DNA of 64,000 nt from Mobula hypostoma (Eukaryota). How positions within the stretch are numbered: the first letter of the stretch is position 1; each line of letters begins with the position of its first letter. The notes under the pieces are model-generated. The model was not told where the DNA came from and did not search any database. It saw nothing but the letters and a program-made list of their open reading frames with translations. The stretch is taken from the NCBI RefSeq assembly GCF_963921235.1, contig NC_086109.1, forward strand, positions 33,170,001 through 33,234,000. Direction: 5' to 3'. The translations under genes and the position numbers were made by a program. Of this stretch, positions 50,231 to 64,000 are shown one piece after another.

Positions 50231-53200
50231 AAAAGACTTGCTTGAAACTTTTCTAATTCCTTTGATCTGGATTTATAAACATCATGAAATAAAAGTGTTA
50301 AAACATTACCATGACTTTCTTTTGCAAACTTAAATTAAAACAAAATTGATACATGAATTAGCTTCCCTTGTCTTATCTTAGGATTTATCAGACATCCTTT
50401 TTGTTAGATAGATGGCTTTCTATTTTATATTTTGAATAACCTCTGAATGTCGCCTACTCTGTCTATGTACATCGGTTCATCCATCATTTAATTTAACACA
50501 ATGTGAATAGCTGTTAAATAGTCTAATGCCACAGTCCATTAGCCTTGCAACACTAAAATCCTCAATAAAGAGGATGCAAATCATCATAATACCTTCCTCT
50601 GAGCTTCAAAATCCTATTAATGACAATCACTAGATTGTACCATCTGCCATTCTATTGCACCCTGAGATGAGTTAACTGTGTAGTCTCTCTATGATGTCTG
50701 AGGTCTATATGTTACAGCAGTAAGCTTGGACTTGTTTCTACATTGGAATATTAGAGTAGGTCAAAGCTGTTATTTTCCTAGAACAAATACCATATGGTAA
50801 TTACAATGCTTACTGTTAATGATAAAGACTTACAGTTTGTAAAGGCTTTCATCATTAAGGTATCTTCCATAAGAACATGATCAATGGAAACAGGATTCTG
50901 CAGTAGCCCCTCATGCCCACTCTTTTAAATAAGTTCATGGGTGACCTTTTAAGTCATCACGATTTTCCTATGCTAATCCGACATCCTTTGATTCACTTAA
51001 TATCCAGAATCTTTGCCCTGAATAAACTCAGTGCCTGAGCCCACCTAATTGCTTTTCTTTAATATATATTCTGTAATATAGACAGCTATCTTAAACATCG
51101 TTCACTGCAAGACTCAAAAGCATAACTGAGATAATCTATTTATGTAATAAAATTGAGGGGGAAGTATTTGTTAGGATAGATTGAAGAATGCTGCCTCCTG
51201 CAGGATATATTTCAAGAATTTCTACATATATCTAAGAGGTGAATAGCATTTTGGTCTCATCTGAAAGAGAAACTGTAACTCTGCTTTTAATTATTAATAA
51301 TATTCATATAAATAATCTCATCAATTCTAGCTAAAAGGTACAGAGTAATGCTTGCATCTTGTTATAGTTTAATGGATCTGCATATTTGTTGCTTATTTCT
51401 CAATTCTTTTGGTGTTCATGATTATTTCAGACATCATTTTAGGTGAAATCAGGACAAATGGATAGCTATAAATACCACCCCAAGTAGCCTTTTAAGAGAC
51501 ACATTGATCTGGGTTGCAATAGCAGTGCTTTGAGGACACAGGTCTGAATTGACACTGAATAATTCTAATTCTACTAATGTAATTTGAAACAAAAGGGGCT
51601 GAAAATGATACTCTTAATCCAAGTGTTTGTGAAGTTTATTGTAACGATGAAAAATAGTGATGATTTCTTTTTATGTCAAATAATTACCAGCTGCTACCAA
51701 CACTGAAATAATGAGTCGATTTGACAGGTTGCATTTGATTTGTACAAGGGAAGATTAGGTAATGCTTATGAGGGCACTGTCATTTGAATCAGTTAGACTA
51801 GGGAGTTATTTATTATGAAATAATCTTTGGAAAAAGGCTCCAAGGAAAAAGCTCCAAAGATATCATTTATCATTACTATGAAAATTATTTTATGTATTAG
51901 TATACTTCACTGAAACTAATGTTATTAAATTGCATTTTCAATGACTTATTTTGCAAGATTTTTTATAAAGATCATGTGCAATTTTCTGAGACACTTTAAG
52001 CAATAGATTTTAATGTCATTTAGAATGATTTTCAAGGTAAAGTATAATTTTTTATCTATATTAAATGTGAGATTTGGCAATGAATGGACATACAAAAAAT
52101 TGCCAAACAGCCAATTTCCACATACTGTAGTTTGCTTAAGATTGCTTTTAAATGGGGTAACATGACACGTTGTTGTTTGGCTCTTTCTGAGCAGATTATT
52201 GCTGTGCGAAGATTTTGAGTACAAAATAAATACTTAGGTTTAGTGTTCAATAGATGTTGCAAGTTTGAGGAACACATCAGGACTCTGCTGACATTTGTTT
52301 TGGTAGTTCTCTGAGGATGGTAAACATCTTCTTGCCGCAGGCCATGAGGCTACTGAACTCCCTGCTGCCGCCTAGGGCTCATCACGTATGAAGTTCCAGT
52401 TGTGTTATACTGTTTACTTCTTAGCTAGTGTTGTAAATGCACCTTATGCTAAACGTAAATCTTCTGGAATATATTTTATTATTTGTTAATTTATTTGTGG
52501 TTATATTATTTTACGTGCTGTGTGTGAGTTATGTGTTCTGTGCTGTGCACCTTGATCCACAGGATCGTTGATTCATTTGGAGATGTAAGTTCAACGACCA
52601 TAAACTTGAACTTGTAAGTTATGGAAAAGAAGCGAATTCAGTGCTACTTCATTGTGTATCTCCATCAAGCCACCTGATAGGTTGTGCCTTGTCATGTTAC
52701 CAGGGAAGCTGTTTAGCAAGCAGGAGGCAAAGAGGACACAAGGTCAGGCAGAACAACACTATTAGTCACAGAAAGGTGTAATAGGTTGAAGAGCTGTCCT
52801 TCGCTCTGCAACCACTTCCCTACCCAACCCTATAACACAAATATAGGTGCCGGGTATTCTTTATCCTCTGAACCCGTTGCATCACCCGGAATTTCTTGGA
52901 GCCTTTTGCCAGCTGCCAGTCTTCCATTAATTGCCCACTAGCTCTGACTGAATGGAACTTATATATCCTGCACCCCGAACACTGCACCAGAACAAATGCT
53001 AAGCCTGCAAATGCCTGATTTAGGACCACCAGGAAACTTCAAATTACATGTCCTTCCCAGCTTATTGTGGCCACGTGGAACCAAGAATTGTGCCTGTTGC
53101 TTCCAGCTGGAAGGAAAATAGCACAGGACCTTCCTCCACTCATTGCCTTAAAAGCATGCTCGGGCCAGTGTCTAGTCCATACTGGAAGATGAGTGGTGGC

Positions 53201-55734
53201 ATTGTTGATCCTCTTGGCTGATTTATTTTAGTGACCATGTGTACCCGTGTGAGGTGTGTTACTGATGCAGCTCCTTTAGTACATTCCCTTCGTGTGAGTC
53301 ACTGCTTCAGACTTTTATTTAGTTCATTTTGCTTAACTTGAACTGTGGTATTTATATACCTAGTCTCAGAACGCCATGTGAATCTTCTGTTTGTTAATAA
53401 AATTTGTTATAACTTTATACTACGTTTTCTGACTGCCTGTCTTAAAGAGGTCCAGAACCTGCCTGTACTACTAGCTCAGTAGTTGCATTATGGACAGCCT
53501 AAAAACTACAAACAAATGTTTGGGAGATAGATGGGATGGATTTGCCACCTGCTATGTCATCCGCTGATATGAGCACATGATTCAGAAGCAGCAGGAAACT
53601 ATTGACCATCTGCCTGCCACTCTCGTCCAACTCTCTGCCTCGGTCAAGCAACCATGCCAGTCAGCCTCCTCCCTCTGAACCCCAGATTCCCATGCCCGAA
53701 GGTTTCGATGGATCTCCAATCTGATGCCCACAATATCCTGTCATAGTGCGCCTTACACTTCAAGCACCAGCCATCGGCAAGCTCTGACCTGGGCCACTGC
53801 CAACTGGGACAATGAAGCCACCATTTGCAACAAATATGAGGATTTCACCACTGAGGTACATCAGGTTTTCAACCATCAGGGAAGTGGAAGGGAGGCAGCA
53901 GATCCAATTTCTCACCTACATCAAGGCTCACACTCTGTGCTGGATTACACTGCGGAATTCAGGCCTCTCATAGTGGAGTGTGGCTGGAATGTAGAAACGC
54001 TACTGGCCCATTACCCCCATGGCCTCTCGGAATGCTTGAAAGACGAGCTGTCAACTCAGGAGATGCCAACCAACCTTGAAAGCCTCATCACTCTGGCTCT
54101 CCATATTGACAAGCATCTTATGGGATCACCCTCCAGATCATCATGAACACCTTCAGAACCCAGGCAGATCGGGAGAGCTTCTTTAACCACACCACCCCCC
54201 CCCCCCGCCAGGAGCACGAGTGTTGGTGCAGAAACAACTTGCATGCCTACTGTGGAGCAGCCGACCACTAACATATCAGATGCCCACTGCGCTTGGGAAA
54301 ACAGCACCTCCCGATGAGGAGTCCCTTATCTTACAAGCTCTCCCTGGCTCTTCATTTCAGCAGCATAGCGTGTCTCACTTTTTTGGTCCTTCTCCACACT
54401 CCATCGGCCCTACATGCACATGAGACTCTGGTGGATTCTGATGCAGCAGGAAAGTTTTTGGATCAGACTTTGTGTGTGCAGCTTGGACTCCCTACTGAAC
54501 TTACAGTTTCTCTCAATCTTCAACATCATGGCCATTGACCGATGCCCCTTGAAGTCTGGGACAGTCAGAACGTGTACACAGCCTGTGCACAAGAGCACCA
54601 GAGAGCACCGTGAGTCCATCTACTTCCTCTTAATTGACTCACCCATCACTCCTCTCATCCTGGTTACTCCTGGTTCACCACTCTCGACCCTCACTTTGCC
54701 TAGTCACCCATTTCAATGCTGCGTTGAGGATCTACCTGCCTGCAACTTCAGTTGACTTTACCCTGTAAATCCATAGAGATGGAAGAAACCTTTGACCTCA
54801 CCAAATTCCCTCAGAGATACCACAAGTTAGCCATCGCCTTCATTGAAAGGGAAGCCAGAAACCTGACGCCTCACAGACCACACGATTGCATGGACTACCT
54901 CCTCCTGAGAAGTATCCCCCTCTCCCCCGAGGTCATCTGTTCTCCCTCTCCCCTCCTGAGACCCAAGCCATGAATGACTGAATTGCCAAAGCTGTAGCCA
55001 TCCCATTTCCCAGCCGGTGCAGGGTTCTCCTTTGTCACAAAGAAGGATGGGGGTCTTTGTTCCTGCATTGACTAACATGTACTCAACAAAATCACCATTA
55101 ACAACCGCTACCCTCTCCTCCTGATGGACAGCGCATTTAAAACACTTCATGGCCCCAGATCTTCACCAAACTGGATCTACAGAGTATGTACGACCTGATC
55201 CACATCCGCCAAGGGAATGAGTGGACGGCAGCGTACATAACACCCACAGGTCACTATGACTACTTGGTGATGCCTTTCAGACTTTCCAATAGTCCAGCTG
55301 TTTTCCTAGCCTTCATTAACAAGATTCTCTAAGAGATGCAACACAAGCATATGTTTTTATACCTTGACAACATCATCATCTTTGCCAAGAACCCCGAAGA
55401 CCATGTATGTCGCGTCTATTCAGTCCCTCAGCATCTCCTTGAAAACCAACTGTAATTAGAAAAGTTCCACACCCAGTCATCTCCTTCCTGGGTTACGTCC
55501 TTTCACCCCAAGGCATATCTGTACACTCAGAAAGTGCGCACTGTCATTGACTGACTGTGCACCCTAAAACGGCTAGAGTGCTTCTTGGGCTTCTGCAACT
55601 AATACCGCTGTTTCATCAGAAACTACAGACAAACTGCCGCTCCAGCCACCTTCTTCACCATCCTTGTGCCTTCTTTTTGTGCAATTTCAGTTCTACACAG
55701 CACAGTTATGGAGTAGGAGATGGGAAGCTACACA

Positions 55735-57355
55735 GATTCGGAATCAAAATCAGGTATAATATCACCATCATATGTTATGAAATTTGTTAACTTTACGGCA
55801 GCAGTACAATGCAATACATGATAAATAAATATAGAGGAAGAAAAATGTATTACAGTAAGTATATATGTATGTCTATTAAATGGTTATGTTAACATAAGTA
55901 GTGCAAAAAAACAGAAATAAAAAAAGTAGTGAGGTAGTGTTCGTGGTTTCAATGTCCATTTAGAAATCAGATGGCAGAGGGGAAGAAGCTGTTCCTGAAT
56001 CACTGAGTGTGTGTGTGTGTGTGTTCAGGCTTCTTTACCTCCTCCCTGATGGTAACATCACGCCCTGGGTGATGGGGGTCCTTAATGATGGACACCACCT
56101 TCTTAAGGCAGCGATCCTTGAAGATGTATTGGAAACTACAGAGGCTAGAACCCATGATGGAGCTGACCAATTTTACAAGTTTCTGCAACTTACTTCGATT
56201 TTGTGCAGTAATCCACCCTGTCCCACACCAAATGGTGATGCAGCCAGTTAGAATGCTCTCCATGGTATATCTGTAGAAATTTGCAAGTGTCTTTGGTAGC
56301 ATACAAATCTCCTCAAAATCCTAATGAAATACAGCAGCTGTCATAACTTCTTTATAGCTGCGTCAATATGTTGGGTTCAGAATAGATCCTCAAAGATATT
56401 GACACCCACGAACTTGAAATTGCTAACTCTCTCCACTTCTGATTCCTATATGAGGACTAGTGTGTTTTCCCTACCCATTCTGAAGTCCACAATCTGTTTT
56501 TTGATCTTACTGATGGTGAGTGTAAGGTTGTTGCTACAACACCACTCAATGAACTGGGAAATCTTGCTCTGTACACCTTTTCATCACCATCTGAAATTCT
56601 GCCAACAATGGTTGTATCATCAGCAAATTTATAGATGGCATTTGAGCTATGCCTAGCCAGACAGACATGGGTATAGAGGATGGAGCAGTGGGCTAAGCAC
56701 ACATCTCTGTGGTGAGTCAGTGTTGATTGTCAGCGAGACGGAGATGTTGTTTCTCATCCACTCGGATTGTGGTTTTCTGGTTAGGAGTCAAGGATCCAAT
56801 TGCAGATGGAGGTACAGAGGCCCAGGTTCTGTAGGAATGATGGTGTTATATGCTAAGCTATAGTCAATAAACAGCACCCTGTCACTGGCATTTGCATTGT
56901 CCAGGTGATCCAAGGCTGTGTGGAGAGCCATTGAGATCTTGTCTGCTGTGGACCTATTGTGGCAGTAGGCAAATTGCAGTGGGTCCATGTCCTTCCTGAG
57001 ACAGGTATGGATTCTAGCCATGACAAACCTTACAAAGCCTTTCATCACCATAGATGTAAGTGCTATTGGACAATAGTCATTAAGGCAGCTCACGCTGCTC
57101 TTCTTGGGCACTGGTATAATTGTTGCCTTTTTGAAGCAGGTGGAATCTCCTGGCTGTATCAGTGAGAGATTGAAGATGTCTTTGAACATCCAAGTCAGTT
57201 GATTGGCACAGGTTTTCAGAGCCTTGCCAGTTACTCCATTGGGCCCTGCCACCTTGTGATGGGTTCACCCTCTTGAAAGATGGCCTGATGTCAGCCTCCG
57301 AGACAGAGCACAGGGTCGCCAGATGCTGCAGGGATCCTCATAGCTGTGGTTTTAT
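55735..57355 (-). mobile_element. Rex1/Babar LINE RT fragment inserted in the Gypsy RNase H region
   Basis: CFKKATIIPVPKK...LNDYCPIALTS...DPLQFAYCHNRST...FIDYSLAYNTI; KFADDTTIVG. Confidence 0.9.
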
Positions 57356-58981
57356 TCTATTAAATGGCCTTGGAAGAAGGGAGACATTGGCTGATGGGAA
57401 ACCCCAAGCCCTTCCTGGTTTTGATTGACCACCAGAACCTCACATTCATACAACAGATCTGCCAGTTCAACCCGTGTCAGGCTCGTTGGGCCCTCTTCTT
57501 CAAACAATTCAACTTCACCATCTCCTACTGACCCGGTTCAAAGAACACAAAAGGTGGATGCCCTGGCACGACAATTTGACCCAGCGGAAAAGGAGATCAA
57601 CCCTCAGCCCATCATCCCATTCTCCCCATCATCCCATTCTCTCCAATCCTTGCCCCAATCATCTGGGACCTTGACATCCGGATCCACTAGCCTCAGCAAG
57701 CGTAAGCCTAGTCCAGCCGACACACCTGACAACTGCTTGAATGTGCCTGCAGCTGTCCACTCTGATGCACTCCCGTGAGCCCACTCCTCACCGGCTATCC
57801 AGGCGCACGATGGACTCTAGATATTCTGCGACACCAGTTCTAGTGGCCCACCATGATCACAGATGTACATCAGTTCATCGCTGCCCACCCTAGTGTGCCT
57901 GGTCCAATTCCTCCAACCGGGGGCCCTCTGGGCTCCTGCGGCCCTACCAGTACCTCAGTGCCTATGCTCCCACATTGCCATGGATTCATCACAGTTTTGT
58001 CACCTTCCGATGGGACCATGCAGATTGTGATAATGGTGCCCAGTTCTCCAAGGCAGCCCACTTCAGTGTCCTCCCAAAGCTTCCATCGGTCCCTGAGAAC
58101 CTGGTTCTCAACCCGTAGTTCGCCTCCATGGCTTCCCTCAGGACATTGTGCCAGACTGGGCCCACAATTTACCTTCTGTTTCTGGCAAGCCATCTATCTG
58201 ATTCCTCCTGCGTACTTCAGTGAGTTTGTCCTCTGGCTATCATCCGCAGACCAAAGGTCAATCAGAAAGAGCCAGAGAAAGTGGGGAAGTTTCTGCGATG
58301 CTTCATTGTCTTTAACTCTTCCACATGGAAGAAATATCAGCTCTGGGCCAAACTATCGCACAATTTACACACCTCCTCTGCCACGGGTATGTCACCCTTT
58401 GATGTACTTCATGGCTACCAACACCTGTTGTTCCCCTTGAAGGAGCCCATGGTGGAGGTTTCATCCACCGGGTCCTGGTTTGCCACTTCTGGAATGCTTG
58501 GAATAAGGCATAGAAGGCTGTTCTAGCTGCCACCCATACCTGCTGCTGCCAGACTACTCTGGTCAGGGGCATGTGTTTGGCTGCCCTCCCAAGATCTGCT
58601 CCTACACACTGATTCTTGCCAGCTCTCACCCTGGTTCGTTAGTCCTTTCAAGCTCATCCATCACATCAATCCAGTCACTTACGCTGTCCCTCAGGATCAC
58701 ACCTACCATCCACGTGTCCTGTCTCAAGCCTATTATCTACCCACCTGAGCCTGTACTCCAGAATAGGATGATGGAAGGTGATCCAGTGTACACGGTTCAC
58801 TGGTTGATGGATTTGCGTTGCTGTCGATGGGGTGTGCAGTCCCAGGATGACTGGAAAGGGCGTGGCCTGGAGGAGAGGTCTTGGATACCACCCAGTTACA
58901 TCATGGATCCATCTCTCATTGATAAGTTCCACCAGACCTATATGGGCCATCTGGGGGTGGCCATAGGGCATGGGGCTTTCC

Positions 58982-59307
58982 TGTCAGGCCTGTTCCCTCT
59001 GACACCTCAAAGCCTGCACATGCAGTCACCTCCCAACTAATAGGAGTCACCTGCCCCTCAATCAAGACTAATCAACTGCAGCCTGTGCAACCCCAATTCT
59101 TATCCACAGTCCTTGTTCACTCATCGAACCAGTCAGCTTCAACCAGCTGCTCCTATCTTTTACTCTTCCTGCTTAAAGTTTACCTTGTTGCCTGTTATGT
59201 TTAATTTCTGTTTCTCTTGCTTTGTGGTCCTTTGTGGCTTGTTATTTTAAAGTTATCATACTCCACTCCTTTGCTTTTGGGTCACGCCTCCTCTACATAT
59301 CCTGACG
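58982..59307 (+). repeat. 3' LTR of the Gypsy element
   Basis: TGTCAGG...CCTGAC(G) inverted termini directly after a G-rich PPT-like tract that follows the chromodomain. Confidence 0.7.
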
Positions 59308-60178
59308 GATAGATCCTCTGAGAAGTTGAACTCCAGAAACTTAACTCCACTCATCCTTTCCACTGCTGGCCCCTCAATGAGGGCTGGTGTGTGTTATCAC
59401 AACTTTACCTCCCTGTGCTCAGAGACAATTCTTTGCCTTTATTGGTTTTGAATGCAAAAGTGTTGAAACACCACAGAGCCAACTGATCCTGGATGATCCT
59501 CATTGCCATCTGAGATTTTACTAATAACTGTCATGTCATTTGCAAACTTATAAATGGTGTTTAAGCTCTGCCAAGCCAAACAGTCAAGAGTGTGCCAACA
59601 CACTTGACTACTGTTACACGACCATCAAGAACACTTACCATGCCATCCCATGCCTTCACTTTGGCAAACTTTGTCATCTAGCTGAACTACTGCCATCATA
59701 CAGGCACGACTGAGCATTAGTGCTGTTGACTACAAAAGTATGGTCAAGGGAGGTGGGGAGCCTTTACAAGACTGCTTTGAATCAGTAGACTGGACCACAC
59801 TCAGGGATTCACATTTGTATATGAACGAATATTCCATGGTCTTCCCGCCTAATCATCTACCTTACATCTCACCTGCCCACTGCTGCAGAATATTTACTGA
59901 TCTACATGGCTGTATATGTGTAAGCATGCATCTCTTGCTTGCCCCTGCTCGTAACCTCAACCCTAGTCTTGAGCTCTTTTAAGATTGCTATGAGGTCCCA
60001 CCTGCTAAAAGAATGTTATTTTGGGAAGAGTAGAACTTATTTTTATGAGGGATTTGCAAGAGGTTAGTCACTGGGCGCAAAAGTCCAGGAAACAAATCAA
60101 GAGTTCATTGGGACAGTCAATAGGACGCATATGATAAAATTCTTGGCCATTGTCAAAGCAGCTGAAATGGTGAACGGT

Positions 60179-60445
60179 ATAGTAGTGGCTAGTGTAATGC
60201 TTTACAGCACTACCACTAGGAGATTTATACGTTTTCCCCATGACTGAGTGGGTTTCCTCACACATCCAAAAGCATACAGATTAGTAAGTTGTGGGCATGC
60301 TACATTGGCACTGGAAGCATGCTGTCATCTGAGAACTGCCCCCTCCCCACTTCTTGGACTGTGTTGGTCATTGATGCAAACAACATATTTCACCGTATGT
60401 TTTGATGTACTGTACGTGTGACAAATAAAGCTAATCTTATCTTAG
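60179..60445 (+). mobile_element. V-SINE-like element
   Basis: Degenerate tRNA-like head, gtgggtttcctc..acatccaaaag core and acaaataaagctaatctt tail. Confidence 0.6.
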
Positions 60446-61177
60446 ACTGTGTATGATATAAAACCCCTTAACTTCTGTGGAGCCAGAAACCTAGTCTTCC
60501 TTGTAAGGTAGTGGTACCCAGGTCCATTTCAATGTTTGTGGACTGAACAGTCTTGCAACATCCAATGGCTGATCTCTCATTTTACATTATACTAATAAAA
60601 AAAAATTGGACAATACCCAAGAGCTCCAGTCAACCCTCAGGACTTGGACTACTATCAGCAAGGCTCTTGGTACAATTTTTAAAATACACATTAGACGGTG
60701 TTACAGCACTCTAACCAAATATTGTGCATGGAGAACAAGCTGATCATCCATGTTCAGGACAAAAACTAAAAATTCATTGAAAAATGGAGCAGGGTGGAGA
60801 GATACTTAATATACTGGGGAACATTTCTGCAGTATACAGCTCTGGAATAAATTTAATTTGAAATATAACATTACTAGGAAAACTGTCGTACATTTTATAA
60901 TAACAAAGAAAATTGTGCTATAACTTGACCTTACAAACGGAAGCCATTATCTTGACTAAAATGTCAATAACTGATCTGTTGCTGTAAATTTCTATAATGA
61001 CACATCACTGGTAACGTACTCAATTCCGTTAACTGGATATCAAACTTCTTTTTGCGTAATTGACCCAATAAATGCTTCAGACGCTGAGTTTATTCTGAGT
61101 ACTTCCTGTAACTATTGGAGTAATTTATGAGTAGAATTAGTTAATGTGCTTTAACAAAGGCACTTACATTTTTAATA

Positions 61178-62048
61178 GAAATTTACAGCACATTACAGGC
61201 CCTTCAGCCCACAATGTTGTGCCGACCATGTAACCTACTCTAGAAACTGCCTAGAATTACCCTACCACTTAGCCCTCTATTTTCCTAAGCTCCATATACC
61301 TATCTAAGAGTCTCTTAAAAGACCCTATTGTATCTGCCTCTACCACTGTTGCTGGCAGTGCATTCCACACACTCACCACTCATTGTGTAAAAAACTTACC
61401 TCTGACGTATCAACTTCCAAGCACCTTAAAACTATGCCCCCTTCTGTTAGCCATTTCAGCCCTGAGGAAATCCCTCTGGCTATCCACATGATCAATGCCT
61501 CTTATCATCTTATACACCTCTGTCAGGTCACCTGAAATCCTCGGTTGCTCCAAGGAGAAACGGCCAAGTTCACTCAACCTATTCTCATAAGGCATGCTCC
61601 CCACTCCAGGCAACATACTTGTCAATCTCCTCTGCACGTTCTCTATAGTATCCATATCCTTCCTGTAGTGAGGTGATCAGAACTGAACACAGAACTCCAA
61701 GTGGGGTCTAACTAAGGTTTTATATAGCTGTAACATAGCCTCACAGCTCTTGAACTCAATCCCACAGTTGATGAAGGCCATCACACTATACGCCTTCTTA
61801 ACAACACTGTCAAGCAACTTTGAGTGTCCTATGGACACGGACCCCAAGTGTGGCTGAGCCTCCACACTGCCAAGAGTTTTACCATTAACATTATATTCTG
61901 AATTCAGATTTGACCTACCACTTCACACTTATTCACGTTGAACGCCATCTACCACCTCTCAGCCTTGCTCTGCATCCTATCAATGTCCCGATGTAACCTC
62001 TGACAACCCTCCAGACTATCCACAGCACCCCTAACTTTTGTGTCATCA
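61178..62048 (-). mobile_element. CR1 LINE 3' fragment
   Basis: LYKTLVRPHLEFCVQF; ENVQRRLTSMLPG...GDLTEVYKMIRG. Confidence 0.88.
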
Positions 62049-63884
62049 TGTTTCTGAGGTTCACACTCTTTAAAAAATAAGTGCTGGTATTGCTGTATTA
62101 AAATTGAGTGTCATAATCCCCAGTGAAATGACTATTTTCTTACCAGTTCCTCACATATCACTAAAACTGTGTGTTTTGAAAACAGGGCTATTTAAGTTAA
62201 TGGAAGTTGTGGGACTGCACAAAAACATGCATTCATTAGACTTTATTTTTAATGATAGCAGAGAAGTTATATTGATTCCTTAATGTGGTAGCATTCCCTA
62301 ACTTGTTACTTGATATTATATTGGTGGTTTCTTACCTTGTACACTTCCACTCTTATACTTTTCATATGCTATCCTGCCTAATACATGCAACCAATTTTCT
62401 GTATCAAGTTTTCCTCATCCTTAACGAGGAACACTTCTATGGGTATCCATCATTCTGGATTTCAGAGGAAGGTATTTGGCACACTTGTCTCTACTGACAT
62501 GGGCATTGAACACAAGAGCTGGGGCATCATGCTACAGCAGTACAAGTTGTTCCAGCTGACTTTGCTGCGAAAACTAGAGGGCAAGCTTAAGTGAGAAAGA
62601 AAAGTTTAAAAAAAATACCTGAAGCTCAAGGTTTTCAGAGTAATTGGTGTAACTGGTAGAGACGGTAACAATTACAACATTTAAAAGACGTTTTCAAAGT
62701 TTAGTGGGATATGGGCAAATGGCAAATAGGGCTAACTCAGGTAGGTACCTTGATAGGCATGGATGAGTTGAGTTGCAGGGCCTGTTTCCATGATGTGGAT
62801 CTCCATAACTCGAAGATAAAATTGATTGTCTACTCAACGAATTTTCATCCTGAATCAGTGAATAGGAAACATAGGCAGGATGCTTGGGAAATCTCTTTAA
62901 TCCAGGAAACTAAGATAAATCATAACAACTTCACCATAGCAGGAATGAAACTTATGACCTGATTAGTCAGCATGTTAAAGTCAGAATGGGTAAAAATGGT
63001 TAGGACAGGTACTCAGGCACAGAAATCACAATGTACAATTCGTACCTGACAAGGGCCTTGGCTCTATACGTAGTTGTCCCTTTGCCTCCACAAATGCTGC
63101 TTGACCAACTAAGTTCTTCCAACAGCTTGTTTTTGTGCCAGAAATTAATCCTGACTTGGACAATAAACTCTAGCACTATTACTCACAACAAATATATGAA
63201 CCATAAGTGCAATATTTTACAATCTGAATATCTGAATAATCCATCAATCAATGTGCAATAATAGTCCATTATAAAGTGGTTATGGAAACAAAACTTAATA
63301 TGTATTACTTCACAAAGATATGCACTTTTAAGTAATTAGGAAGAGGAAACATCTCTGCGTCCACGTAAAGTAACTATTTTAATGGAAAGTTTCCCCTTGT
63401 TGAAAAATATCATGCATTATATTGCTACAATAAAAGGAAGACCCATATATAATTACCTCTCAAAGGTATAAAAGGACACCAAGCAAGCTGAATATTTTTA
63501 AAAAAGAACTGGAACTACAGAAGTCTCAACTAGTATAAAATATCACAGTGGTAAGTTTTGCGTTTGCTCATTAGTACCAGGAGCTTGTAAAGGTTCATAA
63601 TTTTTAATATGGACTAAAATGTTTTCACAGAGATTTAAATTGGTTATGAACTGTTATTTTTTTTTCTCAAATCTGTTTTGTCCTAAAATACACCTATCTA
63701 TTACTTGCTAGGTTGTAGATACTGTATCTATACTGTCAAGAATGAGACTTTTCATATGGATGTACTTCTGTTGAGTTGCTCTTCTATTCATTCATTTTTA
63801 TATTTTAAAAGTGGATCATTTCACTTCCAAATCCAAAATCCAAAATTATCTGACCAACTTCGACTGAATGTACCAGATTATTAT

Positions 63885-64000
63885 CTGAATGGTGGCTGAT
63901 TAGGAAAAGGGGAGGTGCAACAAGACCTGGGTGTCATTATACACCAGTCATTGAAAGTGGGCATGCAGGTACAGCAGGCGGTGAAAAAGGCGAATGGTAT
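63885..64000 (+). mobile_element. Start of a CR1 RT fragment running off the window
   Basis: gtgcaacaagacctgggtgtc...atgcaggtacagcaggcggtgaaaaaggcgaatggtat (QQAVKKANG). Confidence 0.75.

Larger units (their letters stand above)
53560..59307 (+). mobile_element. Degenerate Ty3/Gypsy chromovirus (Sushi-like), interrupted by a LINE
   Basis: Gag LHQGSHSVLDYTAEF; CCHC knuckle near 54245-54285; protease LVDSDAAGKF; RT FVTKKDGGL...YLDNIII; RNase H end IDHQNL...QARWALFF; integrase relic; chromodomain YTVHWLMD...WKGRGLEERSWIP; many stops and frameshifts. Confidence 0.9.

Noticed and set aside
53238-53465. 5' LTR of the Gypsy element
   Set aside because: It looks LTR-like (AATAAA followed by a U5-like tail) but does not match the 58982-59307 LTR by eye.
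53560-59040. Domesticated Sushi-like gene (PEG10/RTL1 analogue)
   Set aside because: Numerous stops and frameshifts, YLDN in place of YLDD, and a LINE insertion in the RNase H region.

Overview
Repeat-rich vertebrate genomic DNA with one 315-N assembly gap (7428-7742). The repeat content (CR1, Rex/Babar, V-SINE-like, Penelope-type elements) suggests a cartilaginous fish, possibly a ray; this is inference. Two host genes lie on the minus strand. (1) A complete five-exon RH2 cone opsin (37117->24713; 361+169+166+240+129 nt, 354 aa, all GT-AG introns). (2) The first two coding exons of a C6orf89 orthologue (9727->9539 and 2406->2238), which runs off the left end of the window. The rest is mostly nested transposon debris: CR1, Rex/Babar and RTE LINEs, a chromodomain Ty3/Gypsy relic, a solo LTR, hAT and Tc1 derivatives, and SINEs. 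The most notable observations are: a TSD-flanked short retroelement family carrying minimal type I hammerhead ribozyme cores; a fold-back Tc1 with about 550-bp inverted arms inside RH2 intron 4; clustered unusual substitutions around the RH2 beta-ionone pocket (H211Y, C167A, M207L, A164G, with E122 and N83); a 5x127-bp array built from a retro-tail plus its target-site duplication; and a CRX/OTX site cluster about 12 kb upstream of RH2. All calls come from reading the sequence by eye; no searches were run.
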